Part shown: piece after piece, positions 47,340 through 55,400 of the stretch
Numbering within the stretch: position 1 is the stretch's first letter
Layout of the letters: each line of letters begins with the position of its first letter
Source of the DNA: Candidatus Tayloriibacteriota bacterium
Lineage (GTDB): Bacteria > Patescibacteriota > Minisyncoccia > Phycocordibacterales > HO2-43-120
Direction of reading: 5' to 3'
DNA length: 64,000 nucleotides
NCBI GenBank assembly: GCA_039934295.1
Contig: JBDTMN010000002.1
Location: forward strand, 26,725-90,724
The notes under the pieces: generated by a model
Databases searched by the model: none
Seen by the model: the letters and a program-made list of their open reading frames with translations, nothing else
What the model was told of the DNA's origin: nothing
Program-made: the position numbers and the translations under genes

Positions 47340-48512
47340 TTATTCGTCCTCGCCCACATCTGGCTTCTCGAGCGCTAAAGGCTCAAAGTCGCTCGCTTTG
47401 CCGGTGATGCGAACGACATCTTTGTTTATCTTGCCAAACTCTTTGTCCGATGTATTGAAATGGCTAACCACAGTTGCAAGCGAGTTGCCGAGCTTGCCAT
47501 GATACTCTTGATAGGAGCGGAGATGCTTCTGGAGAGCCTCCACATTTTTGCGAATATCTTTTGCCGATTCTTCTATCTGGAGTGCCTTCAAGCCTTGTAA
47601 CACAGTCTGGAGAAATGCCAGGAATGAAGTCGGAGACACAATCAGCACATGCTTGTCCTTAAAGGCATATTCAATGAGGTCGCGGGTATTGATTTTCATC
47701 CCACCCACTTCTGCGACCAAAAGGTCATAATAAATTGCTTCGTGCGGAATAAACATGAACGCAAAATCCATCGTGCCTTGCGAAGGCTGAACGTATTTTG
47801 CCGTTTCATCAATGCGATTTTTGAGATCGCCTTTAAACGCCTTCTCGAGACGCTCGCGCTCCGCCGGGTCTTTCTCCGCAACAAGACGATTGTAATTTTC
47901 AAGCGAAAACTTCGAGTCAATCGGAATAATTTTGTCTTTCACGTGCACGACCGCATCCACAATCGTGCCATCCTTGAATGGATACTGCATTTCGAAGCTC
48001 CCCGGAGGCAGAACATTTTTGAGCAATGTCTCAAGATAGTATTCGCCAAGTATTCCTCTCTGTTTTGGATTTTTCAAAATGTCCTGCAGGTTTTGTAACT
48101 GGTCGGCAAAGGATACCACCTGCTTGTTGGTCTCGTCGAGCTTGGTCAAGCCCTGTGTCACGTCGCGGATAAGCTTTGCCGACTCGCTAAACTGGGTACG
48201 GACAGAATCGCTCATCTGCTTTGACCCTTCGGTCATTTTGGCGTCCACGGTTTTTCCCAAATCACTCATTTTTGAGTCCACCGTCCTCCCAAGCTCATTT
48301 AGCTGATTCAATAGCAATGTGAGCCCTTGACCGTCTTCCTTCGGCTTATCCCTTTTTCTCAAAAAAAAGAAAAGTAAAGCGCCATTTCCCACGAGGAAAA
48401 TAACCAAAATCAGGACAAGAACGTAGATATTAATTTGCATGGGGGTATTATACCAGAGAACGTGTAACATATAACATGTAACATTTAACGGGTAACGGGT
48501 AACGGGTAACAT
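47340..48512 (-). CDS. rmuC: DNA recombination protein RmuC
   Basis: N-terminal TM helix, coiled coil, then the RmuC core ILGEYYLETLLKNVLPPGSFEMQYPFKDGTIVDAVVHVKDKIIPIDSKF. The true start may be Met-25 (about 48440), because the first 18 codons of the ORF are encoded by a heptamer repeat array. Confidence 0.75.
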   Translation of the reverse strand: MLPVTRYPLNVTCYMLHVLWYNTPMQINIYVLVLILVIFLVGNGALLFFFLRKRDKPKEDGQGLTLLLNQLNELGRTVDSKMSDLGKTVDAKMTEGSKQMSDSVRTQFSESAKLIRDVTQGLTKLDETNKQVVSFADQLQNLQDILKNPKQRGILGEYYLETLLKNVLPPGSFEMQYPFKDGTIVDAVVHVKDKIIPIDSKFSLENYNRLVAEKDPAERERLEKAFKGDLKNRIDETAKYVQPSQGTMDFAFMFIPHEAIYYDLLVAEVGGMKINTRDLIEYAFKDKHVLIVSPTSFLAFLQTVLQGLKALQIEESAKDIRKNVEALQKHLRSYQEYHGKLGNSLATVVSHFNTSDKEFGKINKDVVRITGKASDFEPLALEKPDVGEDE

Positions 48513-48513
48513 C
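48465..48513. repeat. Seven tandem heptamers: gtaacat ataacat gtaacat ttaacgg gtaacgg gtaacgg gtaacat
   Basis: Directly readable at 48465-48513. It abuts or overlaps the annotated rmuC start and precedes a TGgTATAAT extended -10-like element on the minus strand. Confidence 0.6.
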
Positions 48514-48536
48514 TGATAGGAAACTTAAATTTTTTC

Positions 48537-48580
48537 TGACATACGTTATAATCTTGCTATAGCTAGATTATAACGTATGT
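48537..48580. promoter_or_regulatory. Perfect 17-bp inverted repeat with 10-nt spacer in the divergent rmuC / 48582 promoter region
   Basis: gacatacgttataatct-tgctatagct-agattataacgtatgtc. Confidence 0.5.
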
Positions 48581-48581
48581 C

Positions 48582-48971
48582 TTGAATCTAAGAGAGGTTG
48601 GAAGAGTATTTGAGATGACGCATTACAATTTATTCATTTCGAGTTATAATAGCTATATGAAAAAAAGATATTGGTTGAAGGGAGGAGTTATAGGATTTTT
48701 GACTCCCATAATTTTTATACCCTTAGGATATAGTCCCGTTGGTTTTGTAACTGGCCTTCTATTGACTCCTGTTGTCTTTATAACCAAAATGATTTTTGGG
48801 AGTTCAATCCTGGAAGAAAATACTGTGGATGGGACCGTAGTTTCAAATAGTATAGCTTCCGTGTTTCGCTTAGCTGCTGTGTTTTCCCCAATTTTTTGGT
48901 TTTTCATTGGTGCAATTTTAGGTTGGTTTTATGGCAAAATTAAAAACCGAAACTCTAAATCTATAAGCTAA
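48582..48971 (+). CDS. Hypothetical membrane protein
   Basis: 129 aa with 3-4 TM helices. Confidence 0.4.
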   Translation: MNLREVGRVFEMTHYNLFISSYNSYMKKRYWLKGGVIGFLTPIIFIPLGYSPVGFVTGLLLTPVVFITKMIFGSSILEENTVDGTVVSNSIASVFRLAAVFSPIFWFFIGAILGWFYGKIKNRNSKSIS

Positions 48972-48996
48972 CAGCTAATAGCTAACAGCTACTCTT

Positions 48997-49452
48997 ATGT
49001 CCCTCCAATCCCAAATAAAAAACGAAATTAAAGAAGCGATGCTTGCAAAAGATGCCGACAGGCTCGGGGTTGTTCGGGGTCTGACTGCCGCGTTTGTAAA
49101 CGAGCTAGTGGCAAAGGGCAGAAAACCGCAAGAGGAACTTTCCGACGAAGATGCCCTCGCTGTCATCCGGCGAGCGGTCAAACAAAGGAAAGATTCAATC
49201 GAACAGTTCAAAGCGGGGGGAAGAAACGACCTTGTCAAATCCGAAACAAAAGAACTCGTAATTTTAGAAACATATCTGCCCCAGATGATGAGCAAGAGCG
49301 ACATCCTCAAAATTGCAAAAGAAAAAAAATCGACAATGGGCATCACTGAAAAATCAAAAATGGGACAGTTCATGGGAGTACTGATGAAGGAGCTCAAAGG
49401 TAAAGCTGACGGTGGAGATGTGAAGGAAGTAGTAGAAAAATTATTTAGTTAA
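48997..49452 (+). CDS. GatB/YqeY domain protein
   Basis: LQSQIKNEIKEAMLAKDADRLGVVRGL...LETYLP matches the YqeY family. Confidence 0.7.
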   Translation: MSLQSQIKNEIKEAMLAKDADRLGVVRGLTAAFVNELVAKGRKPQEELSDEDALAVIRRAVKQRKDSIEQFKAGGRNDLVKSETKELVILETYLPQMMSKSDILKIAKEKKSTMGITEKSKMGQFMGVLMKELKGKADGGDVKEVVEKLFS

Positions 49453-49459
49453 AAAAAAG

Positions 49460-49678
49460 ATGAACCCTGAGAAGCCAGATTCCGGCAAACGATTTCAATC
49501 CATGCGCGACGTTGTAGCTGGTAAAATCTCCCAAGAAGAGGTGGAAAAAGCCGAAATGGACGCTCGTATTTTAGAAGCAGGACAAAAAAAGGGAAAGAAA
49601 AAACTGAGAAAAGTCGGGGTAAATCCTCAAATTAATTTGAACCTTTCCTCTCCTGAAGAGAAAAAAGAAAGCGAATAG
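49460..49678 (+). CDS. Small hypothetical protein
   Basis: 72-aa ORF 8 nt after the yqeY stop. Lys/Glu-rich. Confidence 0.3.
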   Translation: MNPEKPDSGKRFQSMRDVVAGKISQEEVEKAEMDARILEAGQKKGKKKLRKVGVNPQINLNLSSPEEKKESE

Positions 49679-50015
49679 ATCTAACTATTTAATTTTTTCT
49701 CGTAAATTTCGCTTCATCCCCGCACCTATCGAATAGATGCGGTGATGTATTTTTTCCCTTATGTAAGGTATAATTTTCCTTGGCTGCACAAAACGTGTAG
49801 TTAAAACAAAACATACTCCTATGGCAAAAACACTTAGCAGTGGTGGCGAAATCAGTTCGAAGACAGGTTTCGGCTGGAATGTTGAAAATAGTCTGGTTGC
49901 GGAGCCAGATGATGAAAAAACCTCCGCAGGAAGAAGACCCAACACTGGGTCGAAAAAAGATTTGAAACCCCCGCTCATCAAAAAGCGCCATGGTGGGACA
50001 TTCCCACGCCGTGAA

Positions 50016-50627
50016 TCAATGATTTTGTCGCAACGATAATTCGCGTCTCAACTCACTTCGCGCCCGAGCTCGCTCGGGCTTTTTTCTACCCATGTCAAGG
50101 GGAGTCCTGTCAACGAGCGCAAATCTCCAAAGTTTTTTTGACCACACGGGACCTGCATAGTCCACTCCTATTCGAGGAGTTTTTTTAATATTTTTTTTCA
50201 CCACTTTCACTCCCCTGTCCTCGAACCACAGTCCCGATTTTCTAGCCGCGCTTTTTCCGTTCAAACTTTTGTCGATTTGCAAGAATTTTGTAATTCTTCC
50301 AGGCCCATTTTTCCCTTCAACCCCCCGAATCAAAACTGCTGACGGATAACCCTTGTCACCCGTCACGACGTTCAACATGTAGTGCATTCCGTAGGTAAAA
50401 TACACATAAAAGACCCCGCCTTTCTCGTACATGACTTCTGTCCGAGAAGTTTTTCCCCTCGAAGCATGGCAAGCCAAATCACCTTCTCCATCATACATTT
50501 CGGTTTCCGTGATTTTGTAGGCAACCTCCTTTCCTTCGATTCTACGGACAAGATATTTGCCCAAGAGTTCCGGAGCAACCTTCGCCACCAGCCTCGTGAA
50601 GAATGATTGGGGTAACACCTTTTTCAT
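50016..50627 (-). CDS. DNA-3-methyladenine glycosylase (AAG/Mpg family)
   Basis: FFTRLVAKVAPELLGKYLV...ITETEMYDGEGDLACHASRGKTSRTEVMYEKGGVFYVYFTYGMHYMLNVVT is the Mpg family signature. Confidence 0.8.
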   Translation of the reverse strand: MKKVLPQSFFTRLVAKVAPELLGKYLVRRIEGKEVAYKITETEMYDGEGDLACHASRGKTSRTEVMYEKGGVFYVYFTYGMHYMLNVVTGDKGYPSAVLIRGVEGKNGPGRITKFLQIDKSLNGKSAARKSGLWFEDRGVKVVKKNIKKTPRIGVDYAGPVWSKKLWRFALVDRTPLDMGRKKPERARARSELRRELSLRQNH

Positions 50628-50755
50628 TCTTCAATTGTACCCGTTTTTTCGGCAATACAATAAGAGTTTAAAAATTTGCTGCAAAGCTTGTTTTCTGTTA
50701 CTTTAATTCCAGTTTGAAAACCTCATACACCGAAATCACCTGACCCCTAACTAAT

Positions 50756-51667
50756 ATGACTGACTACTGCTCGTCTCTGGAGAAGATCCAGGGAGTCCTC
50801 CCCCGCTCAACCCTCACGTTCATTCACAACTGCCCGCCCCAAAATTCAATCACCTGCTCCTGCCCCTTGCTCTTTATTCCTGGAATGGGCGGAAGCGCGG
50901 AACAGTTCGAACTATCGACAAATATCGCGCTTCGGTTCGGACTGGAAACATACGCACTCAATTTGAGAGACCACGGTCCGGGAGAAACTCCGCAAGCTTC
51001 TTCGATTCACGATTATGCTAACGATATAGTCTGCATGCTCCTGCATATTGGACGCCCGACGATTATCGTCGGACACTCGATTGCGGGACTCGCCGCGCAA
51101 ATGGTGGCAGAAAAATTCAGCACGAGCATGGATGACTCAAGTGAAGCCCTCGTAAAAGGTCTCGTCCTTTTATCATCGAGTCCGCCCGCAGGCATCCCGT
51201 TCTTCATTCGTCGGATGCTCTACCTGCCATATCTTTGGGCATGGCTCATACCTCCATACAGCACTTTCCGGATGAAGGAGAAACACGTCCTCAAGTTGTT
51301 CATGAATCAAACCCCCAACGCCAACAAATACGCTCAAAATTTGAAACTCGCTTCAGGTCTGGCAGTTTGGGAACTTGCCATGGGGAAAATCAGCGTGGAC
51401 GAGAAAAAAGTTTGCTGTCCTAGCCTTGTCATCGCTCCGACAGAAGACAGGGCGGTTTCCCTGAAAATTCAAAGAGCGGTTGCGGTAAAATACCGTCCCA
51501 ATTCTGCGTACTGCGAAGTACCAGGCGACCACATGGCTTTCATGTGGTCGAACGGGCCGATAGACGAGGTCATTCGGTGGGTGCAATTGCAAAAGTGGTT
51601 CTATCCCGGCGTGGACGTGTTTCCGCGAGTAGAGCCCGCCCGGGAACCGCAGGTTACGCGTAAATAA
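50756..51667 (+). CDS. Alpha/beta-hydrolase fold protein
   Basis: Nucleophile elbow GHSIAGL. 303 aa. Confidence 0.6.
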   Translation: MTDYCSSLEKIQGVLPRSTLTFIHNCPPQNSITCSCPLLFIPGMGGSAEQFELSTNIALRFGLETYALNLRDHGPGETPQASSIHDYANDIVCMLLHIGRPTIIVGHSIAGLAAQMVAEKFSTSMDDSSEALVKGLVLLSSSPPAGIPFFIRRMLYLPYLWAWLIPPYSTFRMKEKHVLKLFMNQTPNANKYAQNLKLASGLAVWELAMGKISVDEKKVCCPSLVIAPTEDRAVSLKIQRAVAVKYRPNSAYCEVPGDHMAFMWSNGPIDEVIRWVQLQKWFYPGVDVFPRVEPAREPQVTRK

Positions 51668-51809
51668 CCGTAATCATTCGTTCTTCTCATCACAACAGAG
51701 CCCCAAGGTTTCGGCCTCGGGGTTTTTCTTTTTTTGTCATTTATCCAAAAAATGCTATATTTCTTAGATTGGAAATTAGATATTAGTAATTAGAAATTTC
51801 TGCATGTTT

Positions 51810-51881
51810 GGCCCTATCGTCTATCGGCTAGGACGGAGCCTTCTCAAGGCTCAAAGCAGGGTTCGACTCCCTGTAGGGTCA
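51810..51881 (+). tRNA. tRNA-Glu (anticodon CUC)
   Basis: GGCCCTATCGTCTATCGGCTAGGACGGAGCCTTCTCAAGGCTCAAAGCAGGGTTCGACTCCCTGTAGGGTCA. Acceptor is 7 bp including one G-U. D-loop has GG. Anticodon loop TTCTCAA. T-loop TTCGACT. Discriminator A. Manual fold. Confidence 0.7.
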
Positions 51882-52424
51882 CAGATTTTTGCGTAGCATA
51901 AAAAGCTGTGACACTAAGCAGAGCTGGGGGCTCTGCGTCAGGGAGTCGAAGCCCGATTGAGCATTTTTTTTGAGTTTGCTTCAAACGAGGAAAAAATCCA
52001 ATCGGGGTACTGAACATGTAATGTTCGACTCCCTGTAGGGTCACAAAAATAATGAGGACAATGCGGAGCATTGGCTGAGTATAATTTTGTAGATTCTACA
52101 GGGAGTCGAAAGACGGAGCGGGCACCCGTTCACCAGAACGGGTCGCGAGTCGGGGTCGCGGCTTTTGTGAGACGGCGGTCGAACAAAAAGCTGTGACCGA
52201 CTCCCTGTAGGGTCACAAATTTTTTTAAAGCGAGCAAACTGCTTTGCTCGTGAAAAATTTGTGAAGGCACAGGCCTAGTTCGCGAGTACGCGAACAGCCG
52301 AGCCGGGGTCGGCAAGTACTTACATTTTTTGTGATTTTAAGAAACAAAAAATTTAGTAACTTGTGACCACATAAACTTTGAGTGCGTAGCACACAATTAT
52401 GACCGACTCCCTGTAGGGTCACAG
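51861..52424 (+). repeat. Array of four direct copies (plus two inverted partial copies) of the tRNA-Glu 3' end (T-loop plus acceptor 3' strand)
   Basis: Direct copies (g/a)(t/c)cgactccctgtagggtcaca at 51861-51883 (in the tRNA), 52023-52045, 52197-52219 and 52401-52423. Inverted partial copies agggagtcgaa at 51941-51951 and 52101-52111. Spacings 162, 174 and 204 nt. Confidence 0.7.
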
Positions 52425-52432
52425 ATTTTCGC

Positions 52433-55400
52433 TCACAATAAGTTCTGTAACATCTCGATTATCCATCGCAAAATTTTATACAACGTGTTCCAAAACTCTT
52501 GCAAAATGCCCATGAAAGATGCGCTGAGTGCCTTCAAGACCCCTGCAGTAACATTGACGGGAGAAACCGAGTCGGTATTTGTTTTGATACTTACGCTTAC
52601 GCCCGGAGCTTCCTGGCCAGGATGATTGAAGCGGTAGCCGGCGGGAATATTGTCAGCGGTTTGAGCAGCGTTTGTTGGAGAATATGGCGGCCAGGAGAGT
52701 GAGCCGAACCATGCGGGTTTGGAGGAAAGGTAGAGAGAATTTGGCAGAGTCTGTCCTCCCGTCAAGGCTTCATTTGCAGGAATGCCTTTGCCGAAAATAT
52801 AGTTCTGTTTCCTGATGAACGTGAGTCCGACATCCATATCAAGTTCCTGGAATCCTTCTGATCTCGGCCAAAGACCTATGGCAGTTCCCTGTGCCGGAAG
52901 TGGGTCTAGGTATCCTCCGGTAAGAGAAACAGCATTGCCGGAAAAAGCAGTCGTATGCATGCCTATTCGAGCGCCATTGCTCCATTGCGTTGTAATCGCC
53001 GGACAATTTCCTCCAAAAGCCTGGCAGTATCCTAGCAGTCGCGAAGTTCCGGCGCTCAAGGTTACGACACCGCTTGAACCATCAGATGCGCGACTAGTGA
53101 GGGTACCTTTGATGCCGAGCCCGGCGACAGGGCTCCAGTCTAGCCAATATATGCCTTGGCTCGGTAGGGCAAATCCCGTGGAGGCTCCATTGCCGATGTT
53201 CGGCTGGCCGAGACTATATGCACCTACGACATTACCGATGGCACTAAAATTCCTGGAAAAACGCTTGAAGGCAAGAAAGCCCGATGTCCAGTTCCTAAAG
53301 AACATTTCTTCCGAATCGCTTCCAAAATAGCCGTCTGATTTGAATTCGCCTCCCTGCAAATAATTTCCTTCATATAGATTGTAGCTATTATGAGAACCAT
53401 GGTTGACGTTCACACTGCCGTCAGGCATATAATTGTAGGCGAAAACATTACCTACGGAACTAAAGTTTATTTCAAGAAGCGGGAATGATTTGTAAACGAT
53501 GTTATCTTCAAACAGACATCCGGTATTTCCTCCGCTCAAAAATCCAGAGCCATTTGTACCGCCATGGTTGAGCTCGTCGAGGAAGGAATGTCTGACCTCG
53601 CACCCCAAGCTATCATTAAAACTTATCGAGTAATTACTCATGTGTCTGACTTTGACATTCTTGACCCATGAAGCGTATGTGCCTCCAGCGCTTATTCCAA
53701 ATTGAGTGGTGGCATTTGACCCGTCAATGGTCAGGTCTTCAATACCGACATACCTTGAGGTTGCATAATTCGGCGCAGTGATGCTTGGCTGTCTCCCTGA
53801 AAAATCAACGATAAGAGGCGGGGAGAAGCTAAGGGCGCTACCTGACTTCCCAGTCAGAACCACAATCTGGGATTGGATATTTTCGTAGCCCGAGACTGAT
53901 ATAGTCGGTAGAGATGTTTTATTTTTTCCGCTTATTTTGACTATATTTCCAACTGTATATGGTGATGAGTCAGAAACGCTGACTTGAGTGCTTCCCTTCG
54001 AAGCGCCTGAAAGGACCGGCACGGCAGAAACATTGTAAAATTCAGATCCGCGTATATTCACACAGACGCTTGGAACATAACAATCAAGAATAGTACTCGC
54101 TCCTGCTCCGCGAAGCGTTATATTACTCTTAAAAGATGCGACGATCTGGGTCAAGATCTTATAGGTTCCCGCGGGCAAATAAACAATATCATTTGCCACC
54201 GCGGCGGTGATGGCACTATTTATGGCTGGAGCGGCATCGGTAGCTCCAGTTTTATCCGCATTGTAGGGCGCTTGGGTGACATCAATGAGATGAGTGCGAT
54301 TTGTCGGAATCCCTCCAGTAACGCCTGCGGTAACTCCAGGAATCCAGTTGGCCAAACGGTTTGAAGGTATCAAAGCAGATGATCCGCCTGGAGTGGTTGC
54401 TGCAACACCTGCCGACGGAGGCGAGACATTTCCGCCGTTATCTGTAGCCGTCACTGTGTATGTATACGTCGTACCTGGGGAGACGGTGAAGTCCTGGTAG
54501 TACTGCTGTTCCGTATCATGATACGGAGCTTGGTACGGTATGTGCGCAATAGTCCCTATCTGGGTTCCATTCCTATATATAGTATACGAAGTAATGGTTC
54601 CGGTTGTTGGCGTTGAGCGCAACCAGATAAGGCTGATTTGGTCTGGCGCCACGCCGGCAGCCGATACATAGGTCGGCGCGGGCACGCCACTTACTGAAGA
54701 TAAGTTGAATGTTGCTGTAACTGTCGTATTTGAAGCTACAGTGACTACACATGTCCCCGTTCCACTACATCCTCCTCCAGACCAACCGGTGAAGGTAGAG
54801 CCCGAAGTAGCTACAGCGGTAAGAGTTGAAACTGTGCCAGAGGTGAGGCCTGAAGCCGAACAGGTACTGCCACAACTCACAGATCCTCCTGTGGAAGTCA
54901 CCGTACCTCCTCCCGTGCCTGCCTTGGTGATCGTAAGAGTAAATGTTGTTGGCGTCGCTACTCCACTAGTAGTAACCGATAAAGCGGCTGACGGAACGGA
55001 GTTATTGGGAGCTCCCGCGTTGTCATAGGATGATATAGTGTATGAATATGTGGTGCTTGCCACAAGACCAGAGTTGGCGAAAGAGGTACCGGATGTTACC
55101 GTGCCCACTTGAGCCCCTCCTCTCCATACTTTGTATCCCGCCACGTTTCCTCCCCCAGTATCAGTCGAAGCTGTCCATGAAATAGTTGCTCCTGTTTGGG
55201 TTACGTTTGATGACGAAAGATTTGTAGGTACGGACGGAGCTTGTGTGTCTGAAGGAGAGCCGGAACCACTACCATCTGTAGCGGTAACACTTCTAAATCC
55301 GTAGTCAGTATCCGCGCCTCCATATGCCCTGAGCCAGCCTATGCCGGGTGCACCACTGGCAAAGGTGCTGTCAGTAGTCGTAAGTATGGAAACATTGTTG

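Noticed and set aside
47340-48512. Considered that the heptamer array genuinely encodes the RmuC N-terminus (MLPVTRYPLNVTCYMLHV)
   Set aside because: RmuC proteins begin with the TM helix, which here starts at Met-25. The first 18 codons are a pure heptamer repeat, so the upstream start is probably an artefact of an open frame across the repeat. Left flagged rather than asserted.
49679-50015. Possible SRP RNA / tmRNA in the yqeY-mpg spacer
   Set aside because: Could not find the SRP domain IV consensus, tmRNA termini (GGGG...CCA-like acceptor with T-loop) or RNase P P4 sequences. Kept only as a low-interest unexplained spacer.
51885-52022. Attempt to fold the segments between tRNA-end repeats as additional (possibly split or permuted) tRNA genes
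   Set aside because: No 5' acceptor strand complementary to tagggtc is present upstream of copies 2-4. A stem gcagagc-tggggg-gctctgc does not have anticodon-arm geometry. Treated as tRNA 3' fragments only.
51861-52424. Repeats of gactccctgtagggtcaca initially looked like a possible CRISPR array
   Set aside because: Spacings are irregular (162, 174, 204 nt). The repeat is exactly the 3' end of the adjacent tRNA-Glu and some copies are inverted. There are no cas genes. This is better explained as tRNA 3'-end duplications.
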